Below are positions 49,887 to 64,000 of a stretch of DNA of 64,000 nucleotides, piece by piece (the first letter of the stretch is position 1; each line of letters begins with the position of its first letter). Below the pieces are notes generated by a model that saw only the letters and a program-made list of their open reading frames with translations, was not told the origin of the DNA and searched no databases. The DNA is from Nymphaea colorata (taxonomy: Eukaryota), in NCBI RefSeq assembly GCF_008831285.2, contig NC_045138.2, forward strand, positions 36,952,001 to 37,016,000. Reading direction: 5' to 3'. Both the position numbers and the translations under genes were made by a program.

Positions 49887-52800
49887 TTAAGGAAGGCCAG
49901 GAGTGTATAAATTTTGGCCATGTTTGATGCCATTAGGATCAAATCTTCGGGTCATCAAAACCAGCATTCGATGGCTCCCCGGTGACAATTCCTCTCTCTC
50001 TCTCATAGTTGGTAATCAAGCACTGGTGACACTTAATTGGATAGATATATTGGGTTGGAAGTGACATGAAGAAGAATTTGCTTCCCTTGTTTTACCCCTA
50101 TAAGCACAAGGTAGAAATATCATATATCAATTAATAAATTAAATCGTGTTTGCCAAGTTAAGGAGGCAAGATTAATGCCATACCATAAATGCCTTGATTT
50201 TGTTCGTGAATAGTGATCGTCGATACTTAAGAGGCATATTTTGTCTTAAACTCTGGTCTTATATATCTTGCACTAAACAGAAACAATCTGATGCAACTCA
50301 ATTACACATTAAACAATCGTATCAACCAAATTAATTACTACTTGGACTAAAGGTGAAGCATGCACATCATTGTCCTCACCCACCAAAGTGTATATATTTA
50401 ATTCCGATGGTAATCAAGCACCGGCGTGTGATAGGTTAATATAAAATTAAGCTTATTTAAATAATGGAGTGGGTGAAATGGCAGTAGTGGAGATGCATCC
50501 GGGCTGGTGTGGGCCACTGTTCGTACCAACCCATCAAAAGTTTTATTTTTTTTAAAAAAGTGGCATCGTGATTAATTAAAAATTACATTGAGCGCTCACA
50601 TCAGATTTGTGGATTTCCAATTAATATGAGAAACTGCAAATCTGTAGTTGGAACCAACCATATCAAACGTGCCAGCATCAATCCACTGATTTTTTTAATC
50701 AATAATTTAGATCAATACGTGCTGTATTTGTCAAAAAGTGAGGTTATGGTTAAGATTGAGAAAAGCGATCGGATTTCAGGCTATGATTGCTGATAACATT
50801 TTCATGTCGATGATGTCATAAAAATAAATTTTGTTAAAGTTTATCCCCTTATAAATTTTGATGTGTTTAAATGAAGATATATTAACTTTAATGTACCCCA
50901 CATATAAATATAGTCAAATATTTAAATGCAAATGTAAAAAGCAGGGGCTTAATTTAATTGCCCATGTGAATTTGTTGACACAATCTCATAAATGATAAAT
51001 GACAAGAATACGCCAAACTTTTGGCTCGCTTATTCAGAAAAGAAATTCTTTGATGGAAGCATGATTCATGAAATAAAATTAAACAAGTCTGCGTCAATTT
51101 TGAAAACTTCCCCGTAAGGCAAAGTCACGAGGCGTGTTTGCTTGGTTTGCAAGGACAACCGTTCATCTGGAAGATGAAGGGCAAGCGTGGTTTAGTGTAC
51201 GACGCATGCCAACGCAGGTGTCCCGATGCACGAGCTTTTAGAGAATCAAAGTCATTCTCTCCACATGATATTTCTTGGTTGACAGATCAAAGAGGAAGCA
51301 TTATTGACCTCTTTTGTTTTCTCCCCTACCCGCATCCGTTTAATTTGATTTGTTTATTGCGATAAATTCTTCAGGTCATTCCGCTAGTGTTTCTAGAATT
51401 TATGGTTGGACGAAGAATTCATGATTTGACCACATGCCCTTCTCAAATTTGCATCTGACATTTTCAGAAAATTTATTTTTTTTTTGTCATTCGATAATTA
51501 CTTGCCCACATATTTTACAAATAAAAAAGTTCCTGTTATTCAAAAATTGCTTGAATGTTGTCTAATTTGGGCAATTCTCCGTTTAAATTATTTGTATCAT
51601 TCCACCTTTTTTTTTTAGGATCTTGTTCTCAATGGATGTAGATATGCCAATTCCCGTAAAATTAGGAACTGACAAACGTGGAAAGGTAAAGCCTTGGGTG
51701 CCAAAGCATGGAAATCCAGATCTGGATCCGATATCAGGCCAGCCTGATCCGGAGGGTTCTCGAATCTGATTGAGTCAACTCCGGATCCGCTATTTCCGAC
51801 CCAGAAGACTAAGCTTGTGTTGTTAATTTAAGACTTAGTTAAGATGCATTGTCATGCGTAAGTGTTCGGATCTGAATTTCGAAGAGTTTAAGTTGCTCCA
51901 TGGGCGTCAACATAGACCGGATCTGGGTCTATTTATTATTTGATTCGAGTACATCTCTTTCTCCCATGTAGGGGTAGGTGGTTCATAGTAAGTAAATCGG
52001 GTATAGATCTGGAACTGGTTCCAGTTCTGACGTAAACTGATATGGATGCGATTACTCAAATCTGGAATGGGTCCAGGACTTGGACCATCCAAGCGCAGAC
52101 GATGCTCCTCGGTAAAAGACCCAATTAAACCGGTCGGAAGAATGGACCCACGCCCATCAAGTTCTCAAAATCACGCGGGTCCAGAACCATCTTTGTAGGA
52201 CCATAACATAATTCCAACTACCGTGACGCAGAGCACGAGGTTGCCAAGGGAATCATGTTATCGGAACGTACGGATTTGGATCTGGATGTCTCTGGGTGCT
52301 CCTAAGGGAAACACCAGGATAATGGGGCCTTCTGTGAATGGTCTAGATGCCAACCCGTTACGGACTGACCTTCATAAAGGAGATCGATCCAAATCCACTT
52401 AAGGCTCGGGCAAACCCAGGCCCATCTTTAGGTGGCATGTGCAAGGGACACTCGGGTGTTTGAAAACAGCCTTGAAACGGATGTGGTGTCCGGTTCACAC
52501 TGAGTCGGAACGGGGTTTTGGATCGTGAGAATGCCGTGAAGACCCAGGACAGGAGGTCCAGTTGGCACCTGGACATCAGCGAAACGTACCGTCCATTTTC
52601 CCTTTTAGATCAAATCCAAGAGTACGACACAAAAACCAGAGGAAAACATGAACCACGGGTTCACAGTGCGAAGGACCGCGCCCCTAGGTTGGATCTAGAT
52701 CCCCTAAATTAGATCTGGATCACGCTCCTGTGATCCGGACCGTAGTAGATTAAGTAAGCATAGATTTCGGCGCCGTCCTTGTCTCCATTCTTCGGTTCCT

Positions 52801-54664
52801 TTTTCAGACCTCGGGAATAGACCTTTGTGTCCATTATGACATTCGAAATAACACGAATGTCCTTAACCGCCCAAGGGATCTGTCCGCTATCCTTTGGTTG
52901 GCTTATTTCACATTTATACCCTCGCGCTCGGCCTGGCTTTCTCTCGAGCCATTGGTTTAGATGCGCCAATGTTCGTTGGCTAGGTTCGTTCGGGTAGCGT
53001 CCCGCGTTTGCATAGGTATCATGTACCAGTCTATATGGTCCATTCGAATAAAAAAATAATTTAATATTTGAATTTATTTATAAATGAAAGCTTTAAAAAA
53101 ACTTATAAACTTAGGAAGCTTTGTATTCAAAGATGGAAATCAACAACACCCTGAAATTGAATGACAACCCTGACCTCAAAGAATTTGAGAATTTTATCAG
53201 AAACATTTATTAAAGACAAAATCTCTTTTCCTTGGGAAACCAAAAATTCTACATATATGGGAAATTAGATGGGTGATGGCCCCCCTCTCCAATCCCATTC
53301 CAATAACGTGTGTATTTTGAACTACCAATGTTTTAAGTCATTGTTGTGGATAAGAAAGTGATGGGACTTTTTGGCATATTTTGGACTTAGATCTTGAATC
53401 GAATAAAACAGGAAAAGAATGTTGGCCTTTTGCACATTGCCACCAAAAAAAACTCCCCGAAGCGTTTTTTTGTTCCCATTTTTTAGAAGGCCCCACTTTA
53501 TATTTATATGGCAATGTTGAATAACGCCAATTATGAAAACAATAAACGGATCATGGAATGGGTCCAATGCAATTGCACAACTGTTAATGAGTTCAGGCTC
53601 CTAACTTTGCGAATTTAAATGTACAAAGGTCATCCCTAAAAGAATGTTTGGTAATAAGAACATTGTGTTAGTAGATTTGACGCCATTTTAAGCATTGAAG
53701 TCGGCATTTAAGGATGTCATCGAAACTCGAGCAAGTTTTGAGCTGGGTATTTAAAATTTCATAAAAATAATTAATAATAATGATTTTTACCGATGAAGCA
53801 ACTTACATTTAACTACATTTCTTAAATGTACCACTTTGCCATATATGGAATGCCAATTTATGAGATCCAGATCCAGTATCCGATCAAACCCGATTCATTT
53901 GCCCGGGTCCCTCCACGTAGCGGGGAGAGAGAGAGAGGAGCCTGGTCAACGTCACACGCACACGGTTGAGTTCGCTCCCTGTCCGGCCAACCAAAATCGG
54001 CCACGAAATGTTAAGTGTTGAAATTTTGAAGGGCAAAGTAGACTTTTCACTGGAACGGACCGCACGTGAAGCGGCAGGGTCAGGGCACGTGACACAAGAG
54101 AGCGGGTCGCGGGTGTTAAAAGGCGAGAGACGCTCCCTCGCTTTTCCTTTCTTCTCCTCCCCCCTGCATGGAAAAAGAAATATGAAATAAAATAAGAAAG
54201 CGATTAAATGAAGAAAATTTCCTTATTTCTTCTCTCTCGCTCTCTTTGTTGAATCAGTCCGTCTCCCACGTCTCCCGGGTTTCGAGCTTCTTCCGGCACC
54301 AGATTTTTGCTCATTAGTGGCGGAAATCTTGGCCCTCCCCAACTCCAGTACATACTTCTTCTCTCCTTCTCTCGATTTTACTATTCATCGATATGGGTTC
54401 CTTTCACTTTTAGTGATGTTTTTGTCGAAGTGTTGATTTGGAATGAGTTTTTGGTATGTGTTCTCTTGAATCTGTTTTTCTTGTTTAAGATGTTTTTTAG
54501 CCTTTTTCGTTTTTTGGTTGGAAATTCCAGAGCGAAAGGGCTTGTTTCATTAGGGGAAGGGGAAAATCTTTGATGTGTTGATCTTTGTGGTATATCGTTT
54601 TGTGTTGGTTATGGGTTTAGGGTTTTCGGGGGGATGTGATCTGCTTGGCTGGTCTGTTGCATGC

Positions 54665-54668
<4 letters not shown>

Positions 54669-54711
<43 letters not shown>
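54669..54711. repeat. (CT)n microsatellite, probably in the 5' leader intron of the sulfotransferase gene
   Basis: About 21 CT units read directly. Confidence 0.9.
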
Positions 54712-54714
<3 letters not shown>

Positions 54715-55924
54715 TATATTGTTCGAATGGGATCGTGAATGCTTGAGGCAATGCTTCACACAATGTAAGGAAAGGGATAAAGGCGTAGCCTTATTGGAGA
54801 AACTTTGAAGTTTTTGGGTACCATTCAGCTTCTTTTTTATTTTAAATTTGAATCCATCAAGTTCTGGGTGTTGTTTATTCTGGTTGCGAATGTCGACTTC
54901 GAGCTGGTAAGGGTTGTAGCATTTGATCAAATTCCTTGATTCGGTGTTCGACATTATCGCGTTTAGAATGGTTTTCCTCGTAGTCGTTCAGCTCGTTATC
55001 AGCTATCTTCCCGGCACGGGAGATGGATGGAAGACGAATTTTAGCGGTTGAAGTTAGCATGTGTTCCAGGGATCAGCTCTTTGTGGACATTGTGGCATTG
55101 GAGGTCTTTTTTTTTTTTTAATCAAAATCTTGTTGGAGCGTTATGATTAATTTTTTCTGTGAGTGGGTTTAGCTTTGGTGTAGCAGAATTTAATTTTTTT
55201 TTTCTTTTGTCACCAGTCGTCTGCGCATTAATTTTTTTCAGTATAGGGGTTTATAGTTTCTTAGGACCTTGAGTGTGCTGTCAGATCTACTTCCTAGTTA
55301 ACGTCATTGTCTATGAAGCTGTAATCCAAATAACTCTCACAAAACCCAATTATGTTTTCCATGTCATGTTGGCGTTCCATGGGTTATCCAGCATACAAAA
55401 ATTTAAGTGTCTCCATTGCTGGTTTACGAAATGCTGTAAATTCTTGCTAATGCTCTATCAACTGAGGGAAAATGAGGCTGGTTGCTTTTAGTTGCCAGAG
55501 TTTGTGGATCTTGGTTTGTCAAGGAAAAACATGAACTTCTGCATGTGGGTTGTGTGGGAATTCCTTTCCATCATTCTTTTAGTTCGAATAAGTTAATAAC
55601 TTCCTTATTGTTGCCAATGACAATTTATCTGTGCCCTTTTTATCCATACCCAGTTATCACTTGGAGTTTTACTATTGCCTTTCTTAGCTTAGATGATACA
55701 AATCTCTCTTTCCCTGTTTCTCATTTTCTTGGGGTGTTTGCAGCTGTTTGTTTATGTTGATCAAACTTTTATAACTATGCGGCCATTTCTAAGAATCTCT
55801 GCTGTTTAAGTCTGAGGGTTCACAGATGCAAAATGCAGTTAGGAAGTTGCTCGCAGAGGAGATTGATTCAAGAGGTTCAGTCACATCATGATCCATTATT
55901 ATCCACAGTGCATGAATCAGAAAC

Positions 55925-57746
55925 ATGGTACTGGTTACACCAGTCCTCCCATTCACTTGTTAGTTTTTCACTGAAGTGTTGCACTTGTCTTACTGTGACT
56001 TCTGGCAGGATGTTTCTCCATTCAAGGCATCCAAGAGGTCTCTCTTTGCATTGAGGATGGTACTATTGTTCTTTGCAATGACTTTTGGTGTCTATATTTG
56101 TTCCATCTGTTTGAAGCAAATAAGCACAAGGATCACACCGCAGTATGTACTATTGCCTAAACTGGAAATGACTGAAAGGAATTGCAAAATACCAGATGTT
56201 CCAACTGAAGATTTACTTTATGTGCATTACCCACAGCCTAAAACTTATAGCAGGTTGTAGCATCTTCCTCAGTACTCTATTCCAGTTTTGGTTCTTGTGA
56301 GTGGTCAGTCTGTATGATTAAACTTTTGACCTTGTTTGTGAATAGGGGTGAATGTGAATGCTCTCCTGTACGTTTCTTTGTTATTCTGTCCATGCAAAGA
56401 TCTGGAAGCGGATGGTTTGAAACTTTGTTAAACAGTCATCCCAATGTTAGCTCTAATGGGGAGATCTTTTCTGTGAAAGAAAGGAGAGAAAATTTCTCAA
56501 CCATCGAGAGAACATTGGATAGAGTGTACAACTTAGAATGGGTGAGTAGTGCTGCAAAGAACGACTGTGTGGCTGCTGTTGGGTTCAAGTGGATGCTTAA
56601 CCAGGTGAATTGCATACTTCCTTTATTGTTTCTGTGTGGAGATCTGATATTACATGTTACAAACACTTATGGAATTCTGTTCATGATTCTGGGTCTTTGT
56701 TTCCAATTGATATTTTTTTTCCATTCTCTCCCTTAAGTGAAGAATGATTTCATATTTATCTAATGGTATCTTTTTGTCCTTATTGTTGATCTCTTCTTTC
56801 TTGTGCTTTAATTTTTCCACTGGCATGAATCTGTAAGGCTTCCATTGAGATATTAAAGAAATATTATCTCTTTCTATCACTAGCATCATCTTAAGTCATT
56901 ATCTGGAACAAAGTCTTAATAGGCCTCTTGATGACCCAGAGAGGGAATGCAAGTGGATCGAGAACAGTTACTGGATACTAGGACTAGTTTCTCAGTTAGA
57001 GAGACTGCAATGAGAAAAATATCCACCAGAACATAAAATTATGTTTAAGCAATTAGGCACCTAAGCACATTCGAACCAACATCAACATTTACATATGCTA
57101 CAAAATTTTATCTTTCTAAACAAATACTTATTGCATACAAAGAGCAGCGATGTATACATATTTGACATGAGAGGGTCTAGGAATTTTTCAGAAAATCTTG
57201 GGTACAGATTCAGCAAAGATTTATCATATAAAGCAGCAAACAGGTTATTGTTTTACTAATCAATAAAGAGCACATACAGACATAATTAAATGATGCTTGC
57301 CTGGAGAACCAGGTCCTGGTTTGACCATGTCACTTGTCAGTTATAAACCCGCCCTCGGCCATTCCTGCATTCTACTATATTGAGTCCATACATGGCTGTA
57401 TTCAGGCATGGTACAGTAGCTTCAAGCTGCGCCTGGTTGCTCCAACATATGGATTCAATAAATATTTGGCAGTAATGAGTTTTGCTTTCCACAAAGGTGA
57501 GCTTTATTTTACCCATAGTCCTTTTTCTCCATTTGTTCTTTTATCAGCACATTTAGATGTCTTTGGCCATGTTGGTCTCAATATCAAGGTCTTGTCTGCT
57601 ACCACTGATGCTGCTGATTATTAGTGTGGCAGGACCATAGCACATTGTGCCACATTAATTCATTTGCATGAATCTCTATGTTCAGTGTGTGTGAAATAAT
57701 GTGAATGACATGTCATTGGATGCTAGGAACATGCAAATGTCCATAA

Positions 57747-57789
<43 letters not shown>

Positions 57790-58788
57790 CTATTGGATGA
57801 AGAATAAGATGGACTTAAGCTGGTGGTGGTTTTCTAATCCATTTTAGCTGGTTGATGGATGCAATTCAATACAAGGTGCTTTAGTTAGTTGATGCTGTTG
57901 TCATTCTTGTGACTCTCTGTAAATGGGAGGCAATCATTTCATTGATTTTAGATGTGTGATTAGATGAGCTTCGTTTGACCATTTGTTTGTGCCTTTTGAT
58001 CTCTTATTGTGCTAATAATGCAAATAATCATTTCTAGGCCGCCATGGAGTATCACAGAGAAATAGTCAAGTATTTCAATCGGCGGGGCGTTTTGGTGATT
58101 TTTCTTTTTCGTCAAAATCTTCTGCGCAGACTCATCTCTGTTCTGGCTAATGCATACGATAGAGAAAAAAAGCTGCTTAATGGAACACATAAGTCACATG
58201 TGCATTCAGAAAAAGAGGTGTATCTTTTGTCGCCTTCAGTATTATGTCTGCATCTGTTGGTTAGACAATTATTTTCTATCTATGTTCACCACTTTTCAAT
58301 GGGCTAAATTTGCCTGGCTGAATCATTGTTACAGGCAGAAGTTCTTGCTATGTACAGACCAGTAATCAATACTGCAAACTTGTTGACTAATCTGAAAAGT
58401 GTTGAGAAAGTGATGGAAGATTCCTTGAGGTTTTTCAATAGCACGCGCCATATATTATTGTACTATGAGAAGCTTATAAATAATCAGGTTTTATTTTCTG
58501 TTATCTCTGTGGTTACCCTTCTTGTTTGTTTTCCAAATTGCTGTTCTCTCCCCTTGTTGTTTTAAAACTTGTTTAAACGCATACAAAATCTAAAAGTAGT
58601 TTCCAATGCAGGATCTTTCTGCGGTACAAAAATTTTTAGGGGTGCCAGTGAGAGAACTGAAGAGTCGCCAGGTGAAGATTCACACAAGACCTCCTTCAGC
58701 ACAGATTGACAATTGGGGTGATGTACACAGGACACTGAGAGGAACCGAGTATGAGCATTTCCTTGAACATGCAGATCATATAACTTAA
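55925..58788 (+). CDS. NodH/Stf0-like sulfotransferase-family protein (P-loop fold) with an N-terminal membrane anchor
   Basis: Exons 56009-56253, 56346-56604, 58038-58217, 58335-58487 and 58612-58788 are GT-AG and phase-consistent; the start is uncertain (candidate ATG 55925 followed directly by an intron). Features: TM segment LRMVLLFFAMTFGVYICSICL, PAPS-loop-like FVILSMQRSGSGWFETLLNSHPNVSSNGEIF, AAVGFKWMLNQ, LFRQNLLRRLIS, LYYE, SRQVKIH. Confidence 0.9.
57750..57785. repeat. (AT)n microsatellite in a sulfotransferase intron
   Basis: Read directly. Confidence 0.9.
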
Positions 58789-61700
58789 TTGTATTTTTGA
58801 GTGTTTATAAATGTTTTTTGCCAGATTTTGGCTCTTGAGAGTAGTCCTTTCTTCTCCCTTCTCCATTCACCTTGTCTCCTATCTTAGGTTCAAAGTCCTC
58901 CAAGAGGATTGAATATGTTCTGATGTAAAAAATAGTCATTCAGAATTTTCAGTCGATTATTGAAATTTAATTATTAAGAATCACATTGTCAAGTTTTCTT
59001 TTCATTAATTAAGAAAAAAAAGGTGAATAAAAGGTCAGTTACCCAACCGACCTTATTTTTGTTTAACCTTTGTTTTACATGCCCCTTGAGCTTTTCTCTG
59101 CCTGTGGTATGTGGCTATGCAACCATGTAAGCTAACTTATTTGACTTACATGCCGCGATGAGTCCAAACATGTAATATGACCCGCTATCTGTTGATCAAC
59201 TCTTCACCTTGTTGAAAATAGTTGTATATTCTTTTAGTTGCAACCGGTTTCATAGACAACCAAGAATTTGCTACTTTTCTGTTTCTCCTGTTGTGAAAAA
59301 TGATGTGAAACATATCTTTTTGATGAGTTACAAATGTAGATTATTTGTATCCCTTTTTATGTTTTAGTTTTACCTTTGCTTTGCTGAGACAGGCTTGCAG
59401 ATGCTATATCTTTAGTATGACATATTTTTCAAAAGATGGAAAAACTTCCTGGTCAATATTACCTTTACTTTTCCTAAATGATCAGAGGCCAATGTTTCTT
59501 GCCCAATGTGGATTGCTAGTAGTTCTCTTTTTATTTAATGTTTCTATTTTGTAATATTTCAAACTTAAAGCAGTTATACAAGTATGTTTCTCTGTAAATG
59601 AAGAGATTGTAGCATATAAATATATGCATTGGCCTATATTTCCTATTGCTGTTTTGCTTTAGATAGCAGATTTTATGATCTCTGTTTCAAAATATCTTTA
59701 GCATGTGCACTTTTCTCGAGTAGCATATCCATGGGCTCATGAACTGGCCAGAATCTTTCTGGTCATTGTCTATATACACGCTGTAGGTACGTCAATAATT
59801 CTTTCCATCTTAGCTTTGTTTTTTTCTCACATGGGCTGCGTGGCTGTGTATCTTGTGTGGTAGTTGATACCGTCTGGATAAGAAACAAAGTTGCGAGTAC
59901 AGTGTGCTGGTATCTTTGCCTCGGTGATCACACTTGAGGCCTGTTTTCACGGCAGTTGCTATATTTACTTTAAGAATGGTATTCTGTAAGATAATCTCGT
60001 TTGTCGTCCCGAGACAAAAGCTTGCTGCTCCGGTACTAGTTTCTTCCAAAAACGAAGAAATATGTGAGAATATGAGAATATGTGAACTTGTTCCATTCTG
60101 GTGAAGATGACAACAGCACGATGGTACTCTTGGAAAGCAACCATAAGACGAGATAAAAAGGAAGAGAAGGGTTTGGTGACTTTGGTCAGTTATGTCAGAC
60201 TTTTCTTCCGTCTTTCAAGGATACTCTTATCTGTATTAGCTTTCTCAAATGAGTTCATCTTTAAAGGACAGGCCACTCATTTGACTCCCGACTCAAGCTC
60301 GATGAGGGTCAGGCTGGAGGTATCTTTGGACTCTAATCGAACCTACTTCTTTGAAATTAACTTTGATGTCCACTGTTTGTGTTGATGCGTTCTTCTTATG
60401 TATGGAACTTGAGGTACAGGGAGCCCTTCGACTCGTCAAAGGTGGACCACATGAACTACCGATTCTCCAATTCCACTTTTATTTGTCGTCAATATCTATA
60501 CTTCTTCTGCCTTTTGTAATAGGACATTAACTTGATAGTTTGAAGCAAGTCAAGGAGGATACTGATGTTATTGCGGTTTGCGATAACTAAAACTTGGTTG
60601 GCAGCTAACTTGAATATGAAGAATTTGTCTCCTGTCTCAGCCTTCAGACTGCACATGAACCACCTTGATTGTTTGAACTCTTCATGGGCAATCCTTGCTG
60701 ATAATGTATAAGCTTAAGTAATTCGTAATCCATTTCTCTGGTATTGTCATCGGTCAACTAGACTGAATACATGATGGTGCATGTCTCCCGATGAATACTA
60801 CTGCAATCCAATTTGCCGAACCTAGTCAATGTACAAGCATGCCAGGGTCGGAGTAAGCTTCAGGCGACTTGCTTGCGGTTGCCTGACTTATCACAGTTTG
60901 CTTGACCAATGTGATGACGTGATGACTGACGCATAAGTCTGTCATGGATCCAATCCAGATATCAAAACCAGATGAAGGACTGGTAAATGAGTCCGGATCG
61001 AAGATCTGATTTCAGATGTCACAGATCCCTATCCCATATCATATTTGTTTTGGGTTTTGGGTTTTGTGCGTTGGATCCAGATGAGACTCATTGTAAACCC
61101 GAAGATCAATTTCTATAATTGAACAAATTCGCTAACACTGACGCCTGTAATTCCTGTTACCAAATGCACCCTCCATGTATTCATCAATATCAAGTCGTCG
61201 TGTACAACCCCTTCCCAGGTACCAACCATGCCTACACTGTGGCAGGCCAGTCATGTTCATATGCCACCGGCATGTCAGTCACAGCCATAAGCTATTCTGT
61301 TGTCACCGCGAAAACTTTGTTGTACCAAATTCTTATTTTCTTCATCACTACGCTGTTGGTCGAGTTTCCGGAATTGTTATTCGTATTCTTGCTACTATCT
61401 CGTCCTACTAAATTTACTGCAAGATAGTCCCTTGAATCCATTTGTCACTATGTTCTGCTAACTCCCCACTTTGTTATGCTGAAATTACAAAGAAACGCAT
61501 GGCCATCACCAGCTTGCTGCTTCAAGAACTTCATGTTGTCGACAGTTCTTCTACTTGCTACTGGCATGACTTATCATCATTAGTCTTCAGAACTCTCCTT
61601 TACGATCGCCTTCAAACCGCTCTTGCCAACACCCCAAATTTGCCATCACCAAAAATAACATTTGTCGTTATCGAAATATTTGATCGCTCATACCTGTTCC

Positions 61701-64000
61701 GGGCTGTCTTTTTGGTTGTTGGGACTGCTATCTTCTTTGCCATTACCGAGAATATGATGTCATCTGTGTGTGTGTGTGTTTTGTAGGAAGAACACCTCCT
61801 TGTGATGCACATCCAGCATGTTTATGTCATCGTTCACCCGAATAAGCTCCATAACATGGTTCTTTAATCCGTTTTCCGCCATGATTGACACATCAGTCAC
61901 AATTGACGACCCCATATCGTCTTCGATTGGTGCTACCACATTAATGTCACGTCTACATCATCATCGTATAGCCGCAATAATAAATTGTGACGTCATTTAT
62001 ATCATGCATCATTTTTATCGTCCCTTCCGTGCACCATGACATTATGGCAGTGTGTAGCCCGGTATTTTTGCTGAAGATGGACTGTTTCTCTCAATTAATT
62101 CATGCTGTGAGCGTCTATGTGAGAGATTCGATCACTAAGTCTCGTTAAAGGTGTTTGATCTCATGTCTAAGGTATGGTCCACTCTGGTGACGCCCACATT
62201 TATGTGTCCATTGCTATTTTGGCCAATTCCAAGGCACTGTTCAACTATTTGATCTCAAGTTGTGATCATACAATGCTGATTTTTGTATGTGCAGGTCTAG
62301 TCCACCACCAACCACCCATGAGTGTGCGTGTGCATCCACAACCTCAGTGATTTAAAAGCAAAGTTGTTGCTGGGTACTCTTTGCCATGGTAGCTCTTTGT
62401 CCTTGTCATTCTCACTGTAGCTTCAAGTTGATTAGCTAACCCCATTGTCCTTTATTCATATGTAAAATCAACCTTGAGAATTTGGAAAATAGACGTGGCG
62501 CAACGACGCCACGTCAGTGGCGACTAGTTGAATTTGTGGAGCTCTTATGATCTTGGGAATTCTCATTCTCTCATGGAAGACACTAAGCAATCACTTGCAC
62601 TAAAAGGGACCCTCTTATTTTGGTTTGACTCTCTCCCCTTTTCAGAATTGCCAATCTCCAATTTCCTCATAAACATGATCAATCAATTCAATGATGTAGA
62701 AGTACAGGTGGTCCAAGGGGATCCGAGATCAGTGATAGCTGAAATCTACAATTTTAACAAACTGCAGATTTCAGCTTGAACCCACCAAAACATTGTAAAA
62801 AACATGGATTTGAGGTCTGAAGGGGGGAGGTTGGACTTCAAAACCATGGATCCGAGTTCTGTTGTGATCTCAGACCACTTCGGATCTCAGGTCCGTGGTA
62901 ATCAAACACAAACTAAATGATCTTTCAACAGAGGGTACTTTTGCAATACGAAATGATGCGAGAAAAGATCAATAACTACTAAAACAAATCATTTTTTTAT
63001 CTATTTCTGTCGTTTGTAGAGCTATGAACTAGTTATTTGGAACATCAATCCAAGTAGCTAAGCCCAACCGTTTACTTCTGATCTCACAAGGGTTAGCTTC
63101 AGGTTTCTCTTCAAACTCATGAAGTTAGCAACTAATTTGGATTATAGACGAGGATGTTACATCATTATCTCTGACATAGCACCAGTGAGTTAATTACCAT
63201 AAAGCCTGAAATGCAAGTAAGAGCACCGAAGTGTGCAAACTGCAAACTCACTTAATGGAGTTAGGTTGAGGTTCTACATTATCTCCTGGTATCAATAATT
63301 GTAAATGCATTTCTACCGGAACCTCTTTGTAAGTGTGTTCTCTTTCTATATGCTAATTAGATTTCTCCAACTAATCGTTCAGCGCACATTTGGCTATTTT
63401 ATTAGGCAGCAGTCAATTGATTGTCCAAATTTATCTAATTCAGTAGCTTTGAAAAGCATTTGATAATACGTGCACGCATCAAATAATTGATACTCTTAAA
63501 CACATAACTAGCCAAGGATATGCACGTAATCCCCATTATATGATTATGGTATAAAACGTTGTGTAAACAGTAATATTAATGCAGTACGCGTGTTGGATTG
63601 GGGACAGCTAAACAAACTGGAGATCGGGTTGGAGTCCGACCTGGAAAGGTAAACAATGACAAAAAACCATCAAATCGGTTTTGGCTGATTTGCAACTTAG
63701 GACGGAAAAGTAAAAATCTCATAAAATTGATCTAAAAAGAAAAACATGGGTTTTTTTAATAATTATCCCATGATAAACATATATACTCAAAGTTTGGATT
63801 AAGAAGTTATAGCTAGTTGAAACCCAATTCCCATAGTGATGGATATAAGCCCGATCAAAATTCTTGGGGCTTTATACATTTGTGTATTGATAAGTCCATT
63901 CACTATTTATCGCAGTTCAATCTCTCTCCCGATGAACCATATAGTCAAAAGAAACCATAAACCAGAATAAAAGAACTTGCCCCACCCCACCCATGAGTGG

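Noticed and set aside
59810..62779. Cluster of 60-114 aa ORFs near the right end
   Set aside because: No recognisable protein motifs or splice-consistent model.
63509..63520. TAGCCAAGGAT resembling the start of miR169
   Set aside because: Only 11 nt match, and no complementary star arm is visible.

Overview
Flowering-plant nuclear DNA (GT-AG introns, plant gene families, AT-rich intergenic DNA with MITEs); the species cannot be assigned from this window. Five apparently intact protein-coding genes are supported: the 5' part of a UPF2 nonsense-mediated-decay gene (minus strand, 11 coding exons, continuing off the left edge), a 4-exon NPF3-type NRT1/PTR transporter (+), an intronless CXE carboxylesterase (-), an intronless PLS/E-class PPR protein (-) and a NodH/Stf0-like membrane-anchored sulfotransferase (+). 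The most structured unannotated region is 39.3-46.5 kb. There a GH18 class III chitinase-like pseudogene is split by an internally deleted Copia element (two LTRs, PBS, PPT, GATGC TSD) that itself carries a solo LTR (CAACA TSD). The chitinase is then truncated just before its catalytic motif, next to a decayed Myb/SANT (PIF/Harbinger ORF1-like) relic with one TIR-like end. Other points of interest are a DxxDR variant of the NPF proton-coupling motif and a QGGG variant of the CXE HGGG motif. I found no convincing evidence of a wholly new biological system. All family assignments come from recalled motifs; no database search was run.
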